A program made the position numbers and the translations under genes. A stretch of DNA of 64,000 nucleotides from NCBI RefSeq assembly GCF_023055435.1, contig NW_025963779.1:85064001-85128000 (forward strand), read 5' to 3'. Below, piece after piece: positions 12,401 to 24,783 of this stretch. This DNA comes from Haliotis rufescens. Lineage: Eukaryota. Under the pieces are notes generated by a model. That model did no database searches. It was not told the origin of the DNA and saw only the letters and a list, made by a program, of their open reading frames with translations. Every line of letters starts with the position of its first letter. The first letter of the stretch is position 1.

Positions 12401-15244
12401 TTGTTTTTAATTGCCTTTCGCGGCAATCCATCAGTCTGTCCGCTAGAGTAACTGCCCTTTGTCAAAGGGAAGCTACTCTAACCCTAGTCTATGCAACGTC
12501 ACGGGCACGGTCAGACGTTGACAGTCGGTCTGTCCTGACATAATGTTAAGAAGTGTAGTCAGATGTACACACAGCGACAAAACCAAACAAGGTAACAATT
12601 CAAACATATTTCGGCCAAATCCAACTATTTTAATTTGTGGAGAAGGTTTCAAGTTGCAGAGGTCAACAAGCACAGATATTGCTACTGATCCCGCTTGGCT
12701 AGGCCTCGCGCCCTCGCAAAATTGTTTCGAAATTTATACCTCCAAAGTAGCCAAAACTTATAAAATGCCTTAGCTACGTCACAGTTAGACACTGATTTTC
12801 AGTATATTAGACTGTTCTTTTGATAATGATAGCAATTATCCCTGTTGTTGATCCAGATTCCCGATGGTTAATTTTAACTCGATCGCCGAATGACGAGGAC
12901 GGCGCCATGTTTGTTTATAAACAGTGAAAGTAGTCCTACTTGACCTTTGATATTTGCATCTCTATCCGCATATGACCCCAACAGATATCGTTTTTATCCG
13001 TTGGCTTTATCCTGCCGATAAAACACATTATTATAGTATCTGCTACATTTGTAGTATTGGTGGATTCAAGATCAGTGTTGTTTCTATTTGTGGTGACATG
13101 ACAAAGATGTCTTTGTTTAATAACTATGTTTAATCACTGTAATTGTTGCTGGACACAAGAGCTGGGCTGGTACCTTGTGCTTGTTCTCAGCTGCATGCTA
13201 GTGAGAGTTATCTCCCCTATATTATCTTTGGCTGACCCAAATTAAGGATGGGGCCCATTTAGGGTTTAGCTAAACCACACTATTTACACTTTGAGTCACA
13301 CAAAAATAAACACTTGTATTATAATGATGGTGGTATTTCTATGTTTAGACATGCATTGTCCGAGCGTGGGACATGAAGCGCCCTCTGCTGTTTGCTCCTG
13401 CAATGAATACACACATGTGGGAGCACCCGCTCACGGCTCAACACCTGACGACACTGAAGGGCCTGGGCTACCAGGAGATCCCCTGCATCAGGAAGACACT
13501 GGCATGTGGAGACACAGGTTCTCTTCAGTTTATTATATGCTTTGAAACCAAACAATTAAATTTTTGGGGAGGTGGAATGCGGGACACAATATATGCTCGG
13601 TTACTGCTTGGACGAATGTTCAAGACATTATTTATTTTCTCAGAAAAAAAGCAGCCACACCATTGGACCACAACAAATGCTTTTTCAGGTCATCCAATAA
13701 AAAAAATTAAAAAAATTAACCAATCCAATATTTTCTGGAACAAGTATATGTATTTGGTCCCAAACCATGATAATTAGTATTTAAAGGGCAGGAAGAGTGA
13801 AAAGAATTATTGCAATTTTGCTTATATCAATTTTCCTACATTCATTAAGTCAATTTCCTAGAGAGAATAATTTGTAATATTTCTATTAAGTATTTAAATG
13901 CCTGTGTGAAAGTGCTGAAATCTCATGCTCTGTAATCAACTTCCAAACAAACCCATCTGAGGCCATGGCCTCAAGATACCAGCGCAATAGTGACAACTTT
14001 TTTCATTGGCAATGGTTTTCACGTTTATCTATCTTGTGATTCCTAGCCGTGATACATATACTGTTTCCACTATTTCTGTTAATCTAACATAATAACAACA
14101 TTGCATACATTGTTGAATGTGTGACATGACCTTTGATCTTCACATTGTAAATAATTAACTAACAGTTAACAATCAGTAACTAACGTTTTATTACAAACAT
14201 TCTGTTTTGGTAAGAAAACACTATCTGCCCTTGGCCCTATTCCACACAATCAATGCATGTCAGGCATGAATCCCCTGAGTAAACAACTGAAGGCATAGTC
14301 AGTCTTGTTACTAAGGTGAATTAAGTTGTCAACAGTAATCAAATGTATGAGCAAACAGAAAAATGACATTATGTATTCATAAAATCTGAGGCAGAAGCAG
14401 GCAGACTTGGGGTGGGCCCAATCGTCATGATTGTTGAAATTGGGAAGTGTCTAACAGTTGGAACCCGTTTTAACCCCAGTAAGGGGAATCCCCTCAGTGG
14501 CAGAATTGTTTGTTTGGGTAACAATTTCACCTGTCGTGTTTTATCATCTGTTTTACGCTATTTCCCTTTTTCATATATTATTTTGATGAAGCATTTGTGA
14601 TTAGGTATGCCGCAATGTATTTAGATCTGCAAAGTTGCTGTGCTGACTTTACTTGCCCTCTGAAGTTGATCACTCATTTACAACATGAGATAGAGTGTTA
14701 ACATGGACAGGTGGTTGTAAAGCACTTTTAATCCAGATCAGTTGGTTGGTTTGTTGTATAACGTCACACTCAGGGATATTCTTGCTATATGACATCCGTC
14801 TGTAAATAATCAAGTCTGGACCAGGCAATCCAGTGATTGACATCATGAGCATCGATCCGCGCAATTGGGATCGATGACATGCATCAACCAAGTCAGCGAG
14901 CCTGACCACCCGATCCCGTTAGTCCCCTTTTACGACAAGCATGGGTTGATGAAGACCTATTCTACCCTGGATCTTCACGGGTCTAATCCAGATTAGTATA
15001 CCATGTGGATAGATTAGCTGTAAAGTAGGTAAATACTGGCCAATAAGTGGAAAGTGTCAACCAAAATGTGTGCAGCACACTCCTTAGTGAAAATGTAAGG
15101 TAGTCTTCAGACTGGATTTAAGCTGGTGTACAGTACGCGTGTGTTTCAGGGTATGGGGCAATGGCCGAGGTGGAAACGATTGCAGCCCAGGTGATGGCTG
15201 CTCTACCCTCTCAGCAGCATCCCACATCAAGTCAACAATCGTAA
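9490..15244 (+). CDS. PPCDC: Phosphopantothenoylcysteine decarboxylase (CoA biosynthesis, HFCD flavoprotein), 194 aa
   Basis: Exons 9490-9585, 10002-10097, 10824-10952, 13349-13517, 15150-15244 (585 nt, GT-AG, in phase). Motifs NVLVACTGSVASIK, EEWESWKKIGDPVLHIELRRWAD, APLDANTMAK, DNLLTCIVRAWD, PAMNTHMW, LACGDTGYGAMAE. AATAAA at 15645. Confidence 0.96.
12028..13025. mobile_element. Non-autonomous DNA element with a long terminal hairpin (family B); right boundary approximate
   Basis: About 150-bp palindrome at 12028-12179 followed by tttatcc, with a CpG-richer body; same layout as family A. Confidence 0.6.
14743..14983 (-). mobile_element. Non-autonomous non-LTR retroelement (GACCCGTGAAG-headed family), full length
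   Basis: 14-bp target duplication taatccagatYagt (14729-14742 and 14984-14997) and a simple-repeat tail. Other copies at about 16045-16262, 28530-28790, 48543-48793, 51361-51500, 61667-61935, plus fragments. Confidence 0.85.
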
Positions 15245-15837
15245 TATATCAAGATGAAGATTTACCCAAATACAGATGACTTGGATATAACTAACACCAC
15301 CTTTTAAATCAGTTCCTGGTAGCAGTGCTATCAAAATTAAGAATACAGTTGTCTAACACTATGGTGTGGACTATAACAGGGTGTGCCCTCTATACTGAGT
15401 TATTTGGTTTTTTTCACCACTTTTGACTATATTCCAGAAATATCAGGACTCGACATTGTACGCATGTGGTACACTATGCTAGTTCATCTCATATCCTGGG
15501 TGAATGTATATTGGTTTTGCACTATGAGGCATGTAATCAGTGTTTATTTTACACAACCTGTGTATAAGGGTCAAGGAGGATCTCGTAGATGTGCATCTGT
15601 GGTGAAAGTTAAAGTTTTTGAGTTTTACATTTTGTTACTTTTGAAATAAATTATGTTTCTTTTTGTTTAATTGTGAGTTTTGAGTATGAGTAGATATTAC
15701 GTATAAGTCAGTTCACTGGAAGGGTGGTTGTTGAAAGCAGCCATGGACCCTTAGCCACCTGCTTTGAGAGGACCAACCCTGAAAAATGCTGATATTCTAC
15801 TGCAGAAGTATAAGCCGTATTCAATGTGCCCCTTGTA

Positions 15838-15994
15838 CAGTGAAAGTCATTAATCTGGACACTGCACCAACCAGATGATTACTATTAGGAAGGCTTACAC
15901 TCGTACAAAGTGACATTGCTCTTCCATGATTCACTAATATGAAAAAAAATGTTAATCTGGAAAATTCCATAGCCCGGATTAAAGGGTTTCACTG
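15838..15994. mobile_element. Tigger/pogo-like MITE
   Basis: TA|CAGTGAAA...TTAATCTGG and CCGGATTAA...TTTCACTG|TA termini. Confidence 0.7.
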
Positions 15995-16044
15995 TACAAA
16001 AATAATATGTATGTTTCATATTTGAGTGGCATTATGTATGTTGT

Positions 16045-16262
16045 TTGTTTGTTTGTTGTTGTTGTTGTTGTTGTTGTTTAACGCCGCACTCAGCAATATT
16101 CCAGCTATATGATGGCGGTCTGTAAGTAAACAAGTCTAGCCCACATAGTCCAGTGATTGACATCATGAGCATCCATCCAAGCAATTGGGATACGATAATA
16201 TGCATCAACCAAGTCAGCGAGCCTGACCACCCAATCCCGTTTGTTGCCTCTTACGACAAGCA
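16045..16262 (-). mobile_element. 5'-truncated copy of the GACCCGTGAAG retroelement family
   Basis: Same body and gcggcgttaaac plus (AAC)n tail as 61667-61935. Confidence 0.85.
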
Positions 16263-17769
16263 TAGTGATGAGATACATATACCTGGTATACATTGACCTA
16301 TTAATCAGGGCTATGACATCTCCCGATTAACAATGGTTTCCGTTTACTAAATAAAGGGCATAGAGCACTAGAAAAGGATTGAACAGTTTTATACATCTGT
16401 ATATCATAAACAACAATGGCAAAATGCAAGGCTTGCTAGACACAGGCAATACATTCCTTTAGGAGGATCAAACATGTCAGCCTCCATGTTGTCCCCTTTC
16501 AAATAAACAGATCTAATATTGTTTATATTACATTTTATTTCAGTTTCCCATGCAAATTTACATATATATTACTTTAATTTGCTGAAATAACTGTATGTTT
16601 GTGGGTTTTATGAAAGATTCCTGGAGCATGAAGTTCTCTCATGTGTAAATGAAGCAGGCAGCTACCCTGTAGCAGATGTTCACAGGAAATGAAAAACAGA
16701 ACTGAGTAATACAGGTATTGATCAGGTTCAGAGTGAGTGAGTGAATATTGCTCAACACATCAGCAGTCTTGCAGAAATTGGGGGCCGAGCTGGCGAAATT
16801 AATTAGACCCGAGGACAGTCATATGGAATAACTACACTCACAAGCGTGATAATGCAATTACTTGTTGAAAAAAAAAATTCATTTTCGAATATAAATGTAA
16901 ATTTATGTGTTGATGATCATGACCTGTTTGGACGTTTTAATTTTTGATAAATATCTGCCCGAATATTTAATAGACCAGTGGTGAGGGGAATAGTTTTTGC
17001 ATTATGGTCTGTTTATTACACTGTTTTAGAAATTTGATTTATAATTTGATTTATAATTTGATAATCACATGACAAAGTGCCATTAAAGTGTGCAAGAGTT
17101 ATTTGAACATACCACTCTATTACACGAATCCGATGATCTGATGAAAATTCAGAAATTGTCTGCCTTTTTACCACAAACGTCTCTCTTTCTCTCTGGAAAA
17201 AGGCCCACAATCACCATTCAGTCAGAACAACTTCAGTGCAAGATGTAAGCAGAGAAGAATTCGCTTTCATCCAGGGTCAATTAAGTTATCAATAACTGAT
17301 CCTTTACATAAGTAGAATAATATATAGGTCAATCTTAGGGTCACCACATTCAGAAATCCTGGACCAAGTTAATTAACTCCACACTCGTGACTTGTCTACA
17401 ACATCAAACAAATCCATTCAGAGAGTTCAGTCTTCAAAATTCAAATAAAAATTTCAGTGAGGACAATATCAGGTTTTCACATAGTTCAGTCCATATGTTG
17501 TTGATATTATTTTATATTAAATCTGTGTGAAATCTTTTGCTCTGTTGTACCCGATTTGATAGATTTCTGTTCAGAACAAATGTTGATATTACGTTGTGGG
17601 GTTAAGTAGACTCGGTGGCATGGTACCATGAGGGAATAATTACCAGCAGGCGAAAGCTCAAGTTGGAAATAAAGGCGACAAAACCCTTTCAATATCCATT
17701 AAGAACTACCTTCCGAAAGCAGAGTTGATTGTACGACTCCGACTATGTCATGAGTATGTGTTTATCAAT

Positions 17770-18225
17770 CATTATAGCTAAAATGGATAGAATTATCATT
17801 AAACCGCCCGCACGTTATCAGAAATGAGCGGGCCACTGTAACTTGATAATGCCCTCATATTACTTGACGACGGGCCATTATCACGCCCGTTGTTAGGTGA
17901 CGTCATAGGGTTGAGAAAATGACGTCACGCATTATAGTGACGTCATCTGGTTTGTTTTATGACGTTTCCATATTTGTAAAATGTGGTCAGTGACATTCGT
18001 GTTGATTGCAGTAAATGTTTCAAAACCGATATTGTTGTTTCTTTTTATTTGATAACAAATTCCATCCATTTTAGCTATAATAACGGTAACGCTCTTTTTC
18101 AGGGCATTATCATTTGCAGAAGCCCTCGGTCTTTTCAACTGCCCTCCTTCGTCGGGCAGTTAATGAAAAACCTCGGGCTTCTGCAAATGATAATGCCCTG
18201 AAAAAGAGCGTTACCCTTATATTAT
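17770..18225. mobile_element. Non-autonomous DNA element with a long terminal hairpin (family C)
   Basis: Palindrome at 18085-18215; inverted repeat ttatagctaaaatggat (near 17772) and atccattttagctataa (near 18064). Confidence 0.7.
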
Positions 18226-18687
18226 CACATAGTAATGATGCCAGGTGTTTGATGCGAAAAGGTGATCGTATCCTGACCCACAGGTGGCATCCGTCACACA
18301 TGCAAATATCAACTGTCACCAGAATAGAAAACAACAGGAACATATGGTACAGGTCAAAAAAGGGAATTGCATCAGACATCATTTTTGTAACAGATTTGAT
18401 CAAATTTGGAAATTTGGAGAGAAAAAAATGGTTTTCTGAGGCTTTGAATGTTGTAACCCTTGGTCGAACAACTTCTGAGCAAGAGTCGGTATGAGGCTCT
18501 TTGAAATCTTGGTAGAAATATTATACTTGATTGTACCTCGATAGAGCATGCTCGATTGTACCTCGATTGTACCTCAAAAGAGCATGTTCGATTGTAGTCT
18601 TGTGGAGAGTGTTTTGTCACTCATAATCTTTATTCGTAGGTCTAATTTTTACCATAACAGGGCTAGAAATAACCGACTTAATAAAAA

Positions 18688-19467
18688 TTATTTATCATCC
18701 CAAACTGGCTCCCATAGGAGATATCACTCGGGTGAGATCTACATTGTAGATATCGCTGTAATGAAATTGCATCACAATGCTTTGCAGACCATTGTGACGT
18801 CATTGGTTACCATGCCGTCACAATCAAGTGACATCACTAATGGCTCTGCTACTGAAGCTTTTAGCAGTTCTTTTTACACTTGGCACTGCCTATAACTGTT
18901 TACAAACTGAACAATCTCATGAAAATCAGACCTCAATTCTCGCTACCGCTAAACAAAGATCTGATGACATCCCATCAGGGGTCACGTCAGAACGACCTTT
19001 CATCCAGCCAATCAGAGCATCGCTTACCAGATTATGAAAGTGACTATCATTATGTGATTTCTAATCATGCAACTCGAAACCTTTAACTCCGAACGATAGT
19101 TACATCTGAATCCATACAATCTAGACCATCTATTAGCCATTCCAGGATGTTCTTTTGTTCAGGTTTCAAATTTGTAATCGAGAACTTGTCAAAATATGTT
19201 TCGAAGCGTAGTCGTAGTTCGCGCAAGGTGGGTCTGACGTGACTCGTAATGGGATGTCCTCAGATCTTTGTTTAGCTGTAGCGAGAACTAGGATCTGATT
19301 TTCACGAGATTGCAAACTGAAAAAAGTTGGAAGAATGATGTTGGATGATAAATCAAATCACACCCTCACGTCTTTTAATATAAAAAAATATCAACACGAG
19401 TTGATAAAAGTGGAAAAACTCTGAGGCTTGGCTTGATATAAAAAGACACTCGGGTGAGATTCTCTGT
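18688..19467 (-). mobile_element. Second copy of hairpin family A, interrupted by a MITE
   Basis: Reverse complement of 4047-4449, with an insertion at 18912-19312 and a partly deleted hairpin. Confidence 0.8.
18912..19312. mobile_element. MITE with long TIRs and a 9-bp TSD (Mutator/MULE-like)
   Basis: About 60-bp TIR starting CAATCTCATGAAAATCAGA; TSD caaactgaa at 18903-18911 and 19313-19321. Confidence 0.85.
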
Positions 19468-19710
19468 ATGTGCTCTAGTGCAAATATCACTTCTCATGCA
19501 CCAGCGTATTGATTCCGTAATCCGGACGACATTGTTAAGGTCATTCGAATTTTACTGTGCATAAGGTTGGAATTACGCCACGCATGAATTGACGTCATAG
19601 CTGAGGATTGTTGAAGTCATTGTGATTTTCGGTGGTGATCAGTGCATTTTTCCAAAGGGGAGCTCAAAGGAATTAAGAAACAATGGGTAATAAAGAAATT
19701 ATTACACTTA

Positions 19711-19828
19711 CATGTGTGTCATACTGATTTTGCGAAACGAGTGTCAGAATTCCTGTATTACCTTCTCTCTGGCTCGGGGAAAACAAGAATTCTGATACTC
19801 GTTTCGTAAAATCTGTATGACACACATG
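19711..19828. repeat. Long palindrome (hairpin family D terminus)
   Basis: catgtgtgtcatactgattttgcgaaacgagtgtcagaattc...gaattctgatactcgtttcgtaaaatctgtatgacacacatg. Confidence 0.7.
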
Positions 19829-20973
19829 CTGATATCTAAATATGTATGAGGCGGTCTCACTGGTCTCCTTTATTTCTACTTTTGGGTGGGTAAATCAGTG
19901 AAAAGGAATTGGCATTTTGATGATTAATGAACGATATCCGATCATCGATATTACCTGAAGCTTAAGTTCAACTTCATGGCCAAATTATATTGTTTTGAAT
20001 TTGCAAATCTGAGCAGAAATCCCGATTCATATGCATAAAGAAACAGATCAGCAAGAAGGGGATCACAAGTTGTGCCTATGCGGGTGCCTACTTCCTGTCT
20101 AAATGTCTTACCCCCGAAGTCTAGATATCTACATAGATGTTATCAATGATGAACTCCAACATTTCGCATATTGTTTTCTCAGTAAACTTCAGATGGTGTT
20201 TGCTTCCATTTTTGAAAAATTGACAAAGAAGAGTCTATCTAAGTATGAGTGTGCTCATTTAGTTGATGTTCTCGGATATTCTAAATCTGTTCTAATTTCA
20301 GTAAACACTGATCTTAGTTCTCGCTACGGCTAAACATTGTGCACCGGTGACCAGCGCTAAAATCTGATTTAATTAGATTGACTCTTCAGCAGATGTCAAT
20401 CACTGGACTGTCTGGTCCAGATTCGATTATTAACAGACTGCCGTCTTATAGCTGCAATATTGCTGAGAGCGGCGTTAAACAAACTACCAAAATAATTAGA
20501 TTGAATCTGTTCGGGAAGCAAGGGGGCCCAGTTGTCAAAGGCACCGCATTCATTTTCTGTGCAGAGTTGTGTCCCTTTGTCGTGCCGGAATACCATGATC
20601 AAGGGTTCGAGTCCCAGATTAGCCTAGGCTGGTTATGATTTGTTGCTTTGTAACTACTTGTCAAGAAAATATTCCCACATGTATGAGCGCGAGACTTCCT
20701 CTGATCTTCGTCTTCATATAGTCTGGTTGATTGGTGGGGATTCAAAACTGCAGGCTATGACCCCAGTGCCCACACGCGACAACAAAAAAACGTGGTGTAC
20801 CGGGTGCTTACAATGTGAAATCTGGCTGGCTGTGTCTCCCCCGTTTGCGTTTATCGTTGCTTCTATAACACCACTGGCTTGCCTGGACCAGGCCTGGTTG
20901 TGTTCAGGCCGCTGGAGTAAAACTGACCACGGTGAGACGGTCATTCACTTGCCTGTTGCCGTAAAAAAGTGTT

Positions 20974-21045
20974 TGACGTCACAATACTCATAATGATGTG
21001 ACGTCATTGTGTCGTGTATTGTCATGCTTCACTTCTGTGACGTCA
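20974..21045. promoter_or_regulatory. Cluster of three perfect CRE/ATF palindromes (TGACGTCA)
   Basis: TGACGTCA at 20974, 20999 and 21038, 94-165 bp upstream of the ATG at 21139. Confidence 0.6.
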
Positions 21046-21138
21046 CCCCATTGTGGTATAGTGTTCAACCCAGTGAATGTGTTGTGATGGGGTAGGTTTA
21101 TCTACTCTGTCTACTCCACACCCCAGAGCTGTGACCTG

Positions 21139-22890
21139 ATGGACGGCACCATCCCAGACACCGATATTGAGGAGGACTGTGAAGAGGTCATGTCTGAGGC
21201 ATTCGAGGAATTCTGCCAGAGATGTGATCAGCTTTATAAACGAGCTGCTCATTGTCCTGCGCCACCACAGAAAGAGTTCAAAAAGGACTCCCGGTTCTGG
21301 CTCCACAAGAACAGGAACAGACGATCACAGAAGAAATACGGTGACGATGGCGAGCTCACGTATGACCAAGTCTTCTCAGTCATTGGCAAGAATGGAAGGC
21401 GCTTCAAGAAAGATTCCCGTGTGTGGCTTCACAAGTCAACCGTCAGGGCGTACACGATAAGACAGTTACAGAAGAACTGCAACTGCAACGGCGTTCTCAG
21501 TACCCACGATGAAAACAGGGTGACCGTCACAACCAAGATCACCACCACTAGCGGGAACCCTCGATGGCGAAAGTGTCATACAATAGCCCCTGATCAGCTC
21601 TATGAAAAGTTGAGAGCTGCTGGTTGCGGCCGGAAAAGGAAGAGAGGAGAACTTGTGTCGTCTGCCCCGTCCTCCCCTGCAAAGAAAAACGAATCAAGTC
21701 TCGGTTTGCTGTCACGCAGCCTCGACGGGGCTGTGGGGCTTACAAGATGCGTTGACAGGATTGATGACGATCCACTTGGCCTCCCCCGCATCGCCTCTAC
21801 TGAGAGCGTTTATGGCAGCTCACCAGAGGAGAACCAGGTGGAGAAGTCACCCTGGTCAGACTTTGAAGTCATGTCTGACAACAGGTCCTCCAACAACAAG
21901 CTTAACGATGACCACTCGCCAGCCTCATCAGATGGAAGGTGACATTTCTGTAATTTGTAAACGCTTTCTTTTCAAATACAAAACAACTATATCCAACACG
22001 AGTCTCTGTTAATGAGAGTTTATGCCTGGTGCGTTTTCAGTCCACCATCTGTGAAACATCAAGAAATGTACGACCACCAGAGCACACAATAGATAATTTG
22101 AGGTTTGGATAAAATAATTTTCTAAATCACAGCACATTACCCAGTGCTTGACAGTTTGTTACGGCCTATGTTATTTACTGTTTGTAATTAATTTGTACGG
22201 CTATTGATATCTAAAGCATATAACAGTCCATAGACCAGTAGCTGTCTTCTGGTTTTCTTTGCTAGGCCTAATATAGCGAAGTAGTTCCTTGGGCTGGCGG
22301 ATTTGCCACGCGCCAGGACCTGTACGGAGATTGTGTCTTTGTTTGTAATTTGTGTTGCTATTTCTATTTTAAAGTGTGATCTTTGGTTTGTCAGCACTAT
22401 ACGTATCTGTGATCTCTTTCATTTTTGGCAGTACTCTCACGTTACGTTGACGTGCTGTGATATAACTAAAAAACATTTCTAAGCCGTCCAAAACCATGTA
22501 AATATTTTATTTCTATAGCAGGGGCCCATGATGTATGTGTTAAGGACTTCAATAAAGAATTAGATTCTACATGACGCAAAAAAATACAACCAAACGAAAA
22601 CACTGTAAAGATTTCATATTTCTTTATTTTTCAGCATCAACTTGATCAATGAGAAAATTCATGACTCCTCACCGAGATCTGACACGTCACGTGCGGATCT
22701 GATGAACGACCAGGTGTCATCATTATGTTTCATAGTAGAAGAGTCCACCAGGTACGACCCCCCGATCACACCACCCGGGAGTCCCTGGCATGAGGACTGT
22801 GGGGAGATCGATGCTGAAGTTGAAGCTGCCTTCTCGGAAGACAGCAGCAGCTCAGACTTATACTGGCGAAACTTTAACACCAACAACTAG
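21139..22890 (+). CDS. Uncharacterised two-exon protein, about 351 aa
   Basis: Exon 1 at 21139-21938 ends AG|gtgaca. Exon 2 at 22635-22890 follows ttctttatttttcag. The phase-2 junction rebuilds AGC and joins both ORFs in frame. Both exons are GC-richer than their flanks. Duplicated FKKDSRxWLHK motif, RKRKR, TPPGSP. Confidence 0.65.
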
Positions 22891-24119
22891 GCGATGTGTT
22901 ATCTAATCGATGTATTAGAAAGTGAATAACAGCGTTTGTCTTAAAACACACATATACCAGTAGCATATCTATTAAGGTAAAATCGATAATAATTACAGCG
23001 ATTTTTTTAAACAAACACGTCAAGTATATTGTAACATGTTTTTATTTCAAAATATATTATGAAAGTAATAATTATTTTGCGACAGTTTTCTGGTTTTTAT
23101 CATAATGAATTGTTTTGTTTGATTTCATTGTTGTCATTTGAAATCAATAGTTTAGTTTATTTATTTTTGTTCCATGTGGCTAAATGTTCAAAAAGGTGAA
23201 ACGTTTCTAAACTATACCAGAACTGTGCAGTAATGTAACAGGTTTGTCCAATGCCATATATAATATAGACTCACAATCATATCTCGTTTTGTGCATGTTT
23301 GTATTTCAACATTTTATGATTTACGAAATGGGTATTACTTATAAATACGTGGGTCTTACTCGCCCACAATAGGCAGTTCGGCACCTGGAGCTAGCATATG
23401 GGAAAAGCATATTTCACGGAGCATCGCTGTTATAGTTAATATCCCCTTGCTATTGTGACACAATGTTTCTAAAGAAAACGTTTCCTGCACACAAAGACAA
23501 GAGGAATGAGCAAGCGGGAGCATACCAGTGTGGCTTTCTATTCCTATCTGCGATATTGTATATTGTATTAATTCAAATAGCGCTTTATTGATGTAATATC
23601 TCAATCAGTGTATCTCGCATACATTAACAACACTGTATTTACATAAAATATGTCATCATGTTGAATATGTTCTCCTTTTGTCTTGTTTCGCTGGCGTGCG
23701 GTGATGCGCATACAGAATCTAGCATGTGGGGGGTCATATGTCCGTGCAAAACTCCTGAATGTTAGGAGCTGGTGTCAGAATTTGAATGGATGAATATTTT
23801 ATGTCTGTTTCAAATAACTTGTCCAGGTTGCAAACATGAATGTATGGGTAGGAGATTATTCGCCTGCGCAGGGGTTCACCATACCCATACCACACCTTCA
23901 TTGGTCAGTTCACTAACAGTTTCTGCAGCCTCTCCCAGTGATTCAACATTTGTACAAGAAGCGGAAATATATCCTCATTCACTCACTCAGTTGGGAAGCC
24001 CCATCAGCAAACACCTCAGTGGGAATTGTATCACTATATGCCAACTGTGTACACAAGACGCCTTGGCTTGTCAACAAATGTCCCATAGTAGAAGGAAATC
24101 AAACATCCCACATTATTGT

Positions 24120-24783
24120 GCAGTGTCAAATCAACCCATGCCACAGGATTGTAGAGTCGAATCAATCCATACCACAGAATTGTAGTGTCAAATCAATCCA
24201 TACCATGGGATTCTAGTGTCATATTTATCTATACCACATGATTGTAGTGTCAAATCAATCCATACCCAGGATTATAGTGTCATATTAATCCATACCACAG
24301 GATTGTAGTGTCAAATCAATCCATACCACAGAATTGTAGTGTCAAATCAATCCATACCACATGATTGTAGTGTCAAATCAATCCATACCACAGGATTGTA
24401 GTGTCAAATTTATCTATACCACAGTATTGTAGTGTCAAATCAATCCATACCATGGGATTGTAGTGTCATATTAATCCATACCACAGGATTGTAGTGTCAA
24501 ATCAATCCATACCATGGGATTGTAGTGTCAAATCAATCCATACCACAGGATTGTAGTGTCATATTAATACATACCACAGGATTGTAATGTCATATTAATC
24601 CATACCACAGGATTGTAGTGTCAAATCAATCCATATCACAGGATTGTAGTGTCATATTAATCCATACCACAGGATTGTAGTGTCAAATTTATCCATACGA
24701 CAGTATTGTAGTGTCAAATCAATCCATACCATGGGATTCTAGTGTCATATTAATCCATACCACAGGATTCTAGTGTCAAATCA
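24120..24783. repeat. 31-bp minisatellite (CCATACCACAGGATTGTAGTGTCAAATCAAT)n
   Basis: About 21 tandem copies. Confidence 0.95.

Noticed and set aside
17932-19086. Cluster of 68-126-aa ORFs
   Set aside because: They overlap palindromic non-autonomous elements, and the same peptide appears on both strands.
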